This document shows, piece by piece, positions 1 to 9,153 of a stretch of DNA of 64,000 bases. Source of the stretch: Candidatus Latescibacterota bacterium (GTDB taxonomy: Bacteria > Latescibacterota > UBA2968). The stretch spans positions 2,688,001 through 2,752,000 of the forward strand of contig OZ242010.1 in the NCBI GenBank assembly GCA_965204745.1, read 5' to 3'. Positions within the stretch are counted from its first letter, which is position 1. Each line of letters opens with the position of its first letter. The notes beneath the pieces are model-generated. The model was not told the DNA's origin. It saw only the letters and a list, made by a program, of their open reading frames with translations, and made no database searches. The translations under genes were made by a program, and so were the position numbers.

Positions 1-195
1 GCCCTGCGCGGGGAGATGCGAGGGGGTGACAACGCGGCCCTGGATGGTCACGCGCACCCTTGCAATGCGCGCGCCGCGCCTGGGAAAGTCCCCTGCCTGC
101 AATCGCATGCCAACGGGCACTGCTTCCCCTTCGGGCACTTCGGCGTGAAGATGCCCGGCGAACGAGAAGATAAGCAAAAGACAAAATGCGTTCAT
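1..195 (-). CDS. 5' part of a probable exported protein (runs off window edge)
   Basis: Open frame MNAFCLLLIFSFAGHLHAEVPEG..., signal-peptide-like N-terminus, GAAGGA RBS upstream. Confidence 0.5.
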   Translation of the reverse strand, partial: MNAFCLLLIFSFAGHLHAEVPEGEAVPVGMRLQAGDFPRRGARIARVRVTIQGRVVTPSHLPAQG

Positions 196-323
196 GTCGT
201 CGCATCCGTTCCTTCAAATCGTAAAAAAAGGTCATCCAGCTCATCGCCCTTAGGAACAGGCCCCCGTGCCTGTCCTCGCGCCCGGCATTTACAAATGCGA
301 ATAAAGCGTTGCATCCATTTATT

Positions 324-510
324 GGGACCTACCCCCCTAGCCCCCCTTCCTGTGAGGAAGGGGGGAATGGCGAGAGGTTGTGCGAGGGATTTGGGTTTCC
401 AGGGCGTGATCTATTCGCTCAAAGCCATCAGAACAGCTAGGGAGACAAACCTTCAAAAAGCCATGCGCTCCCCCTTTCCTTGTAGGAAAGGGGGCCGGGG
501 GGATAGGTCC
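324..510. repeat. Inverted REP doublet / MITE-like element
   Basis: GGACCTACCCCCCTAGCCCCCCTTCCT at left is inverted to AGGAAAGGGGGCCGGGGGATAGGTCC at right; each arm has an internal hairpin. Confidence 0.65.
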
Positions 511-552
511 TACGAGGAAGGGGAAGAACATCTCTCGTTGCGGAGAGGCGCC

Positions 553-628
553 GGATGACTCGTCCCTGTCTTTGGGCGATTGGTCTCGGCTTGCTTCCTA
601 CTCGCTTTCTACTCTTAATTCGCATTAC
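553..628 (+). mobile_element. IS982-like right-end remnant
   Basis: Near-identical to the reverse complement of 27991-28065 (...CTCGCTTTCTACTCTTAATTCGCATT). Confidence 0.7.
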
Positions 629-668
629 AATCAGATTTGGAATACCTAATGCCTCGTCTTGGCAATTA

Positions 669-1397
669 TCAATATCGCCAAGTTTCATGCGCGAGCGGCG
701 CGCGGTTGAGTTCGTCTTTGTACAAGCGCCATTGCGGCATCAAGGCGTCCATCAATGCGCGAAAACGCTCGTTGTGGTGTCGCTCCAAGAAGTGGATCAT
801 CTCGTGGACGAGAATGTACGCCAAGCACGAGGGGGGCTTCTTGACCAGTTCGAGATTCAGCCAAATGCGCCCGGCACCCGCGTTGCAGGACCCCCAGCGA
901 GTCTTCATCTTTTTGATCCGCACATCATTGACGATGACGCCGACCCTCGGTTGCCACTTGGCGACGAGCGCGGGCAATTCAGCGCGGAGTTGGTGGCGGT
1001 ACCAGCGATGCAGTACGGCCTCGCGCACCTCTTGGTCGCTGCCCGGGCGCACGCGCAATTCCATCGTGGTGTTGTTGGGCAACCGCACCGCCGGTGGGCC
1101 ATTATGTTCGATCATGTCGATCCGATAGCGACGGCCCCAAAAATAATGGCTTTCGCCGGTCACAAACTCCCGTTGGGATTGGCGATCCTGTTGCGCGAAC
1201 TCGGCCTGTTGCCGGCGAATCCATCCCAAGCGCGAAATAACGGCCAAGCGCACCGCGTCATCGTCGAGGCGCGACGGCGAGGCCACCCGCACGCGACCGC
1301 TTGGCGGATAGACGCCCAGATGCAGATGCTTAATGTCCTTGCGAACGATCTCCACGGATATGCCGCGCACAGTGATGTGTCGTTGATCAATAGTCAT
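669..1397 (-). CDS. M48/YgjP (DUF45) metallopeptidase-like protein associated with type I RM
   Basis: KTRWGSC and YILVHEMIH (HExxH) motifs; directly downstream of hsdR. Confidence 0.9.
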   Translation of the reverse strand: MTIDQRHITVRGISVEIVRKDIKHLHLGVYPPSGRVRVASPSRLDDDAVRLAVISRLGWIRRQQAEFAQQDRQSQREFVTGESHYFWGRRYRIDMIEHNGPPAVRLPNNTTMELRVRPGSDQEVREAVLHRWYRHQLRAELPALVAKWQPRVGVIVNDVRIKKMKTRWGSCNAGAGRIWLNLELVKKPPSCLAYILVHEMIHFLERHHNERFRALMDALMPQWRLYKDELNRAPLAHETWRY

Positions 1398-4300
1398 CGC
1401 GTGCCTTTGCGATCCCAAATATCGCGGTTGTGAGTTCCTCGTCTCCTCCGAGCTCCGACTTGATGGCGTTTTGGATCTCGCGCTCTTTGAATCGGTTGTT
1501 CCGCCAGTCCGCTTTTTTCACGCGGCGAATCGCCTGATCGACGGCCAAGGCGGCTGTTTCGGCTTTTCCCTCTTTGAGTTGTTCCCCGCCATGAACGTCC
1601 TTCAAGTTGTCGTACAGGGCGCGTTGGGCCGGACTTTTGATCGCGATGGGATACTGCGCGTTTTCCGGGTGATCGACCCGTTTTGCCAACGCGACAATCC
1701 GTTCCAGATAGGCTTTGTAGTCTATGGTCGCTCGCTTGCGTTGCAGAACCAGGGCGTCGAGCAAGGCCGACATTTTCTCGTAGTACCTGGGGTTGACAGC
1801 CATCTCGTCGATGATGATTCGCCGGACATTGTTTTCGATAGTCTCGGCCATGGCTTCCGGATTTGCGCGAATGCCCGCGGGCAGGGATGCGAGCGAGCGC
1901 TCCCCGCGCTTGGCGATCAGTTGCACGAGCGTCTGATTGTCGAAGGTGGAGATCCGTTCGCTCTCTGCGGCTCGGATGTACGCGTCGAGCAGGTGCCGCA
2001 TGGCCGGCTCGTACATTTTCAGGTCGATATAGTCGCCGCTGGCGAGTTTGACCTCTGCGCGCACGTTTTCGTAGTAGGCCACTTCGTCTTTGATGGCCCG
2101 CGCTTCGGCGGCGGCGTAGCCGGCCTCCTGCATCTCGTTGGCCAAATTGGCGTACGCACGCAGAAACGATCCGACGAGTTTGTAGAGGGTTCCGCGCTTG
2201 CGCTCGTCGTTCTTGCGTTGATCGGGGTCGCCTTCCGCAGCGCAGAAGAAGTGCAGATAGGCCGCTGTATCGCACGGGGGCGCAACCGGCTCGCACAGGG
2301 CAGCGATCTCCTCGCGGAGGTCTTCGAGTCGCTCTCGGGCCTTTTGCAAGCGATTCTCGAGCAATCCGCTGATGTCTTCCGCGTCGTACCCGTCAAATGC
2401 CTCGCCGGTATAATCGTCAATGGCCTGCGACAGGGATCGGAACAAATCCTTGTAGTCGATGATGTAGCCGTATTCCTTGTCCTCGCCGTGGAGGCGGTTG
2501 ACCCGGCAGATCGCTTGGAACAGGCGGTGGTCGCGCATCTGCTTGTCGATGTAGAGATAGGTCGCGGGCGGGGCGTCAAAGCCGGTCAGCAACTTATCCA
2601 CCACGATCAGGAGTTTCATCCGCCTCGGCTCTTCGACGAATCGCTTTTTCACCTCTTGTTCGAATCGCTCCACCTCGTGCATTACTGCGTCTTCCGGCGC
2701 GTTGAAGTGCGCCGCGAGCATCTTTCGGTAAATGTCGTATTGGCGCAATTTCTCGGTGAGGCCCTCGCCGGACACCTCGCCCTTGATGTCCGATACGGCC
2801 GGTTTGTAAGACGTGATGATGGCGCATTTGCCCGCCAAGTCGGTTCGCTGAAATATGTCGAAGAGGCGGCAAGCCGAATAGATGCTGTTCGAGACGAGCA
2901 AGGCGTTGCCGCGACCGCTCTTGAGCCGATCTCGCGTTTCCATGTCGAACTGGATGTCCGCGCCGATCTTCTCCAGCCGGCCCCGTGAACTCATCACCTT
3001 TTGCATCGTGCCCCAGCGTTGCTTGAGTTGGGCCTTTGCACTATCGGTCAATCCCCGGGTCTTGCTCTCGAACCACTGATCGATCTTGGCCTGCGAGGCG
3101 ATGTCCTGATCGATGTCGCGTGCCTCGTAGCGCAGGTCGAGGACGACGCGATCCTGCACGGCCTCGTCGTACTTGTACGTGTGGATGTACGGTCCGAAGG
3201 TCTCGATGCTGCGTTGCTTCTGGTCCTTGAGCAATGGCGTTCCGGTGAAGCCGATCAACGTCGCGTCCGGCAACAATTCTTTCATCGCCGCGTGGAGTTT
3301 GCCGGATTGGGTGCGGTGGCATTCATCCACAAAGACGAATATCTCGCCTTTGGCGCGAAACCCCGCCGGCAAGTTGCTGCGAATTTCTTTGAAGAAGGCG
3401 TCGATGTCGGCATCTTCCGACGCGCCAAACTTGTGAATCAGCGAGCAGATCAGCCATTCGCTGCCCGCGTTGAGCACGCGCGCCAAGTCGCCGCCGCTCG
3501 TCGTGCGATAGATGTTCTCGCTGACGCCCTTGAAGACCTTTTCGATCTGCTCGTCTAATTCCGTGCGGTCCGTGACGATCAGCACCCTGCCATCGGTTAC
3601 GCGCTCGCGGATCCACTTTGCCAACCAGACCATCGTCAGGCTTTTGCCACTGCCTTGGGTATGCCACACAATGCCGCCCTCGCGGCGCAGAACGCGCTGT
3701 TGTGCGGCCCGCACCCCGAAGTACTGATTGTGGCGGCAGGTCTTTTTGGTGCCCGAATCAAAGACGATGAAATAGTGCATGATCTCCAGCAACCGCTTTT
3801 TGTTGCAAAGCTGGCTCAGTTCCCGCAACAACGGATTGTCGCCTGCGTCTAAGTGGGCGTCTGCTTCTTTCCAGCGCAGATAGTATTGCTCCAGCGTCTC
3901 GATCACGCCGTAGCGCAACCCTTCGGTGTCATTGCCGGCCAGCAGGAGTTGAACCGTTGTGTAGAACGGGCGAATAAATTCTTTTTTTTTGCTGTCGAGG
4001 TGTTGCCGAATGCCCTCGGACACCGACACTGTGGACCGCTTCAACTCCAGCACGCCCAAGGCGATGCCGTTGACGTAGAGCACGATATCGGGCCGTCTGG
4101 CGTTTTCCCCGGCAATGCTAACCTCCTCGGCGATGGCAAAGTCGTTGTTGCCCGGGTTCGACCAGTCGATCAGATAGACGGTCTGGGTTTGCTCCCCGAT
4201 GTTTGGACGCACCTTGACGCCGTAGCGGAGGAGGCCATACACCTCGCGGTTCGCGTCGTAGAGCGTTTTGTTGCCGCCGAGCGCGGCGGCCTTGTCCAGT

Positions 4301-4494
4301 GTGTCGAGTGCCTTGTCTCTGACTTTGGCGCCATGCCCTTGCCTCGCCAGCCAGTCGCGGAGCGATTCCTTCTCGACATTGGCGTTGTCGCGCCGCCTCT
4401 GCCAGTTGCCGAGGTACGCATAGCCGAGCGCGTCTTGAAAAAACGCGACCACGCGCTGTTGTGTAAAAATCTCTTTTTGACCGACTGCACTCAT
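1387..4494 (-). CDS. hsdR: Type I restriction endonuclease subunit R
   Basis: RPDIVLYVNG..LELK nuclease motif, HTQGSGKS Walker A, DECHR, FTGTP, LLTGFDAP. Confidence 0.97.
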   Translation of the reverse strand: MSAVGQKEIFTQQRVVAFFQDALGYAYLGNWQRRRDNANVEKESLRDWLARQGHGAKVRDKALDTLDKAAALGGNKTLYDANREVYGLLRYGVKVRPNIGEQTQTVYLIDWSNPGNNDFAIAEEVSIAGENARRPDIVLYVNGIALGVLELKRSTVSVSEGIRQHLDSKKKEFIRPFYTTVQLLLAGNDTEGLRYGVIETLEQYYLRWKEADAHLDAGDNPLLRELSQLCNKKRLLEIMHYFIVFDSGTKKTCRHNQYFGVRAAQQRVLRREGGIVWHTQGSGKSLTMVWLAKWIRERVTDGRVLIVTDRTELDEQIEKVFKGVSENIYRTTSGGDLARVLNAGSEWLICSLIHKFGASEDADIDAFFKEIRSNLPAGFRAKGEIFVFVDECHRTQSGKLHAAMKELLPDATLIGFTGTPLLKDQKQRSIETFGPYIHTYKYDEAVQDRVVLDLRYEARDIDQDIASQAKIDQWFESKTRGLTDSAKAQLKQRWGTMQKVMSSRGRLEKIGADIQFDMETRDRLKSGRGNALLVSNSIYSACRLFDIFQRTDLAGKCAIITSYKPAVSDIKGEVSGEGLTEKLRQYDIYRKMLAAHFNAPEDAVMHEVERFEQEVKKRFVEEPRRMKLLIVVDKLLTGFDAPPATYLYIDKQMRDHRLFQAICRVNRLHGEDKEYGYIIDYKDLFRSLSQAIDDYTGEAFDGYDAEDISGLLENRLQKARERLEDLREEIAALCEPVAPPCDTAAYLHFFCAAEGDPDQRKNDERKRGTLYKLVGSFLRAYANLANEMQEAGYAAAEARAIKDEVAYYENVRAEVKLASGDYIDLKMYEPAMRHLLDAYIRAAESERISTFDNQTLVQLIAKRGERSLASLPAGIRANPEAMAETIENNVRRIIIDEMAVNPRYYEKMSALLDALVLQRKRATIDYKAYLERIVALAKRVDHPENAQYPIAIKSPAQRALYDNLKDVHGGEQLKEGKAETAALAVDQAIRRVKKADWRNNRFKEREIQNAIKSELGGDEELTTAIFGIAKARDDY

Positions 4495-6251
4495 GTTCTC
4501 GCACTCCTTTCCGCACGTTCCGAGATAGCTACCGCGGCCCGCCCATCGTCCGTCAGACGGTATTTTTGCAAAGGGCTTCGCGGCTTGTCCGGGATGGTCC
4601 TTTCCAGTAATCCGTCGTTTAGGAGGCGTGCAAGCCGCTTTCTGAAGTCACCCGTGCGGCGCGAGTAGCCCGCGGCTACCAACAGTTTCTCACTCGGGAC
4701 GGCTTCTTGATCGCACGCCCGCAACATGGCAATCTCTCTGTCTGACAATACAACTTGGCCCTCGTCTTGACCAGCTTGGCCTCGGCTTGGCCCTGGCTTG
4801 GCCTCGGCTTGGCCCTGGCTTGGCCTCGGCTTGGCCCCAGCTTGACCAGCTTGACCTTCAGCTTGGCCCCATCTTGGCCCCATCTTGGCCCCATCTTGAC
4901 CAACTTGGCCTTCAGCTTGGCCCTCGTCTTGACCAGCTTGGCCCTGGCTTGGCCCTGGCTTGGCCCCAGCTTGACCAACTTGGCCCTTGTCCTGCCCCTT
5001 CTCTCCTCCCAACTCTGGCTCCTCCATAACTCGTCCTGCGAGTGCCTTCCGCCGAACCGTTGTGACGAATCCATCGGTGACGGCAAATTCCGGTTCTGGT
5101 AAACCGGCCCCAAAGCAACGGTGGATCATGTCCAGCGTTCCGGTTCCCATTCGTTCAATGTATTCGGCGAGATACAGGGATTCGGCCAGCAAGGAGTTGA
5201 CCGGTAGAGAGTTGTGCGGCTCGCGCAACTTTTCGAGGGTCAGCGGGGGCAACAGCCGGCCGGGATTTCGGACCTCTAAGCGGTCCGCGAACAGCATCAC
5301 TTGTACGCTGCCGTTGCTCGTGTAGTCGCGGTGCGCCACGGCGTTGACGATGGCCTCGGTTACCACTTCCTTGGGCATCTCGTAGGTTACGGGTGCGCGG
5401 ACGCTCTCGGCACGGGTGCCGACGTGCAACGCGATCTTGCTCAACACGAAATCCACCGCTTGATCGACCAACTCAAAGACCGTGCCTTTATAGACTTGGT
5501 AGGATGGAATCGGCTTGGCGACTTCTGTTCCGTGGAAGTGGGCGCATTTGACCTCAGAGGAGATCAGAAACCGCTGTGGCGATTTCCCGAATAACAACAC
5601 CGCAGCATAGGTCAGCCGCCCGTTGTTCAGCAGGTTCAGATGGGCCAGCAATTCCTCGGGCGATGCTTCTTCGGCCAAGGGGAACTGCCGTGCCCTGCGC
5701 GCTCGGCGAATGAACCAATGCACGCGCTCGCTGTCGAGATCGTCCAGTGTTGCCCTTGGGCAGGTAGCCGCGTCGAATGGCCCCCTGCGGATCAATTCCT
5801 CGTTCTTCAGATATTCCACCAACGCGGCGTAGAGTTCGGCTTTCAGTTCTTCGGTAGTGTTGAACCGCTTTCGGATCAGCCCGGCTTGGGCCTTGCCGAG
5901 CAGTGCCTGCATTTTGGGGTGCCGGGCACTGTCGTCCTCGCCCTTGACAAAGATCAACCGGTGGACGCCGAGGGCACTCGCCCGGTCAAACTCTCGTTCT
6001 GTCGGCGCGACACCGGCTTCATCCTCGTTGCCATAGCCAAAGCCGAACAAGCCTACATAGACGTCGCACCGCTCGACTTCGTCCAGATAGAGCGCGTCCG
6101 GCCGTCGGTTTAAGGCCGGGGCATCCTCGAACAGGAACACATCGAAAAATCCGCTCAAAAGCGCGTCGCCGCAAACATAGTCGCGCAACGCCGCCCGCTC
6201 TTGGACGAACTCGCTTTGCACGCTGCTGATGAATAGACGGAGTGGGGTCAT
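4491..6251 (-). CDS. DUF4062 + RecG-C-like (HATPase_c_4) ATP-binding protein with repeat linker and C-terminal HTH
   Basis: LFISSVQSEF..ER N-terminus; EAIVNAVAHRDY, DRLEVRNPG, ERMGTG; C-terminal TIPDKPRSPLQKYRLT; stop overlaps hsdR start. Confidence 0.8.
   Translation of the reverse strand: MTPLRLFISSVQSEFVQERAALRDYVCGDALLSGFFDVFLFEDAPALNRRPDALYLDEVERCDVYVGLFGFGYGNEDEAGVAPTEREFDRASALGVHRLIFVKGEDDSARHPKMQALLGKAQAGLIRKRFNTTEELKAELYAALVEYLKNEELIRRGPFDAATCPRATLDDLDSERVHWFIRRARRARQFPLAEEASPEELLAHLNLLNNGRLTYAAVLLFGKSPQRFLISSEVKCAHFHGTEVAKPIPSYQVYKGTVFELVDQAVDFVLSKIALHVGTRAESVRAPVTYEMPKEVVTEAIVNAVAHRDYTSNGSVQVMLFADRLEVRNPGRLLPPLTLEKLREPHNSLPVNSLLAESLYLAEYIERMGTGTLDMIHRCFGAGLPEPEFAVTDGFVTTVRRKALAGRVMEEPELGGEKGQDKGQVGQAGAKPGPSQGQAGQDEGQAEGQVGQDGAKMGPRWGQAEGQAGQAGAKPRPSQGQAEAKPGPSRGQAGQDEGQVVLSDREIAMLRACDQEAVPSEKLLVAAGYSRRTGDFRKRLARLLNDGLLERTIPDKPRSPLQKYRLTDDGRAAVAISERAERSART
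4754..4990. repeat. Intragenic composite tandem repeat of 9-, 11- and 12-bp CTTGRCC units
   Basis: CTTGGCCTCGG/CTTGGCCCTGG/CTTGGCCCCAT 11-mers interleaved with CTTGACCAG 9-mers and 12-mers. Confidence 0.9.
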
Positions 6252-6409
6252 GCCTTGAGCCTTTCATCTCCGGGGCGCGGGGGTTCATCGCCAGCCATTT
6301 TCAGAAGGCGATCAAAGGCCGCCAAGTCAGCGCGGGCCGCCCGCTCTTGGAAATAACGTGCCATCCGCAAGGCGGCTAATTTCTCCGCCACTGTCACATT
6401 GATAAACAT
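6248..6409 (-). pseudogene. C-terminal fragment of HicB/RHH-type antitoxin
   Basis: FINVTVAEKLAALRMARYFQERAARAD...PPRPGD; N-terminus missing; second copy at 18803-18938. Confidence 0.6.
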
Positions 6410-6427
6410 GGAAGCGTATCCATTCAT

Positions 6428-7024
6428 TTATGAGTTAGCCCGTCTCATTGGGCGGCTCAAGTCATACACACAGCGGGCCCGATCTTTGAAAGCTACATCT
6501 ATCAGGAACTTCAGTGTCGTCTCGTTGATCCTATTTCAGGGTGCGACGGAAATTTTAGCTTCCGGCTCAAGAAGGTTGTCGATAATCCGATCAGGCATAT
6601 ACGGATACCTACGCTCATACTCTGCCCTAGTGTTGATCGATGTCCATGACTTGATGTTAGGATAGACTATTTCTTTTTCGTAATCGTGCGCCACCGAACA
6701 GCGATCGGATACTCCCGGCAGATTAATTATTAGAATCCCCGACTTCTTGTTGACGGCGCCATCGTACATACTGGAGTAAATCTCCCAGTCAATGTGTTTT
6801 CGACGTTTCGTCTCGGTTCCAACCAAGACAATCGTCACCGTGGAGTCCCTCAGATATTTGTCTCTGATAATTTCTCGAATACGTTCGTCGGGGAGATAGT
6901 CAGGGATATCTCCTGTATCGACGGACGCATCAATGAATATCGAGTTCGTAGTGCCGATTTTTACCAATTCATCTTTATACCGTTGGTCATCCTTGTGGTA
7001 ATAGCTAATGAATACCTTGTGCAT
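6428..7024 (-). pseudogene. ThsB-like (DUF1863) TIR-domain protein with internal TGA at 6536-6538
   Basis: HKVFISYYH, STVTIVLVG, IDWEI motifs; frame continues 35 codons past TGA (NRINETTLKFLID...RPMRRANS). Confidence 0.75.
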
Positions 7025-7865
7025 TGATTCCTCCTTTGGAGTCTATGTTGGTCGGTTCATTGAATATCCGCCGAAGACCGCGCGATACGAGCGTTACCGC
7101 CTGATGGATATGCGGCGTCCGAGCGAGAATGGCGTTATCTTCGGCAGATAATCCGTTGTGCAGATCGCATGGCGAGTAACTTTCAAAGCATGGGCGGCCA
7201 TCCCAGTCAGAACGGGAACCGGCCCAAGGCTCTACAAGCCCGATAGTTTCAGCGATGTCGCGGGCACATCCGCCGAAACCGCCGAGCAAGAATACCGGCT
7301 GATGCGACTGAAGGGACAAGAGCGTTTCCTCGGCGATACCCGGCATACATCCTTTGTAACCGTCCACTCTTCCGCCGAGCACAATGCGCGCCTGAGTTTT
7401 TTCTTTTATGACGGCGCGCATTGTCGTCAGTCCTTCGGTCCATTCGTCGTCATTTGGCTCATGCGTCGGAAATTCCAGTCGTCGTTCCCAATCCAACTGA
7501 GAGCCATCCTGTGCGAGAAAGACGAGGTGCGCGGATTTTTCGTGCCCGGCGGAGAACGCAGCCAGTTTATTCGCTGTCATCCGAATATGCACGGGCCACG
7601 CCAAATAGTCGGTCACAGTGATCTTTCCGCTGTGAGAAGGATGGTCCTGATACCGCACGATCAACTCAAACAACAATTCGGTAAAGCCGTAAAGGCGCAG
7701 ATCGCCGCCGTAAGCCAGACTCGTCCCCGAGGAGAGCAGATGCGATGCGAGTGCGGCCATTGCATCTCGCAGGTGTTCATCGCTCAGTCCGAGCACGGTC
7801 ATGTCAGGGCTTTCCGATATCGAAATCGCCACAGTGGGTGTCATTTTGGTCTTTTGAAGGGTCAT
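7005..7865 (-). CDS. SLOG-family (TIR-associated cluster) protein
   Basis: VAISISES, LAYGGD, ARIVLGG..YKG.MPGIAEE, PVFLLGGFGG. Confidence 0.8.
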   Translation of the reverse strand: MTLQKTKMTPTVAISISESPDMTVLGLSDEHLRDAMAALASHLLSSGTSLAYGGDLRLYGFTELLFELIVRYQDHPSHSGKITVTDYLAWPVHIRMTANKLAAFSAGHEKSAHLVFLAQDGSQLDWERRLEFPTHEPNDDEWTEGLTTMRAVIKEKTQARIVLGGRVDGYKGCMPGIAEETLLSLQSHQPVFLLGGFGGCARDIAETIGLVEPWAGSRSDWDGRPCFESYSPCDLHNGLSAEDNAILARTPHIHQAVTLVSRGLRRIFNEPTNIDSKGGINAQGIH

Positions 7866-9040
7866 TGGTTTTCCTCCATCCACTTCGTCAGTGTCAGGGT
7901 ACGCACGTTTGGCGCGATTTCCGAGAATAACCGAGCCTCGTCAGTGCCTAGCAGTGGTTCAGGATATACAATTGTAGAATCCGTCTTACTCTGGCGATCC
8001 GGTAGCGTCGCCAGCAAGATCAATTCGGGGGGCCGGGCCGTGAACAGCACGTTGGGGTATGTCGCACGAAAAGGCTCGACGCGGCAGTGCCACAGGTAGG
8101 TTCGGAAAACTTCGTCAAGCAGGCATTCCGTGACTGCACCAATCCGATCTCGCTGATCTGAGCTCATCCTAACGATAGGCACATTGCCCATGTATGGGAT
8201 ACTGCGCGGATCAATGTCGCGGAGGCAATCCACGACTACCATTGGCACATGCCGTCGTTTGGCTTCAATTACCTCTATACGGCACCAATCGCGGGACGAG
8301 TAGGAGTCCGTGTGCAACGCCACGAAGGCACTGGTTTCGATCTGATGCAGTATAACCTCCTGAAAGGATAATCCAGGCGGAATGTCATAGACATCAAAAA
8401 AGCTCGACAAAACACTGTTTTGGTGTAGCCAATCGCGGCTACTGCGTGCGACAGATTCACCGTCATCGTCGTGCTTTGAGTGACTGATAAATACTTGGAA
8501 TTTCTTCAAGTATTCGGGAAAAGGTTCCTCTGCTACTTCTGGCCGGCGGAACAGGTCGAGACGATACCTCAGCATTCGGCTAAATTCATTGGTGAGATCG
8601 CGAACGAGACGCCGCTCCCGTTCCGCATCTGGGCCTTCCCAACGATCCCAGCGCAATGCCTGCTCTTCAAATTGCAGTTCACGATCTCCAGCTTCCATTA
8701 CAACGGGGAAGAGTCGAGTGAGTAGTCGGCCTTTAGCCTGTGCGTTTTGGGAAAGTTCCTGAACGTAGTTCGACCATGCTTGGTCGCTGTCGAGTGCCGA
8801 GTCCACCAGCACGACGACTGCGGTAATTTCTGCTTCGTCCCAGTCAATCGGTAGGGGCACAAGATCGCCAGGCACCGCTTCACTGCGGTAGAGAATGCTC
8901 AAGCCTAGATCGCCGGCAACATTTTGATGGAGGTCTCGGCCGAATTTCGAGTGGAGCAAATCAGCCACCTTGCGACCACTTTTATTTGAGGGGTGCCAGA
9001 CGACATAGAGAGCGAAAAATGGGCGCGTTGTTGTTTCCAT
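7862..9040 (-). CDS. TIR-domain protein
   Basis: VFISHSKHD, FFDVYDIPPG, SYSSRDWCRIE (catalytic Glu). Confidence 0.85.
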   Translation of the reverse strand: METTTRPFFALYVVWHPSNKSGRKVADLLHSKFGRDLHQNVAGDLGLSILYRSEAVPGDLVPLPIDWDEAEITAVVVLVDSALDSDQAWSNYVQELSQNAQAKGRLLTRLFPVVMEAGDRELQFEEQALRWDRWEGPDAERERRLVRDLTNEFSRMLRYRLDLFRRPEVAEEPFPEYLKKFQVFISHSKHDDDGESVARSSRDWLHQNSVLSSFFDVYDIPPGLSFQEVILHQIETSAFVALHTDSYSSRDWCRIEVIEAKRRHVPMVVVDCLRDIDPRSIPYMGNVPIVRMSSDQRDRIGAVTECLLDEVFRTYLWHCRVEPFRATYPNVLFTARPPELILLATLPDRQSKTDSTIVYPEPLLGTDEARLFSEIAPNVRTLTLTKWMEENQ

Positions 9041-9153
9041 ATCGTGTCAAATGCTCCTAAGTGAGTGCGTTACCTCTGAAAGTCAGTTGGCAAAGGCTTG
9101 CGTTCCTGTACCAACGACGCAATGTCTTGGTCTGAGTACGTGACTGCCAGGCG

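Noticed and set aside
1471-2988. Long antisense ORFs (also 40834-42264, 50186-51694, 34568-35881)
   Set aside because: Shadow frames opposite well-supported genes in GC-rich DNA; no motifs
6536-6538. TGA recoding (alternative genetic code or selenocysteine)
   Set aside because: Many genes here end in TGA with ATGA overlaps; a single nonsense mutation or sequencing error is simpler
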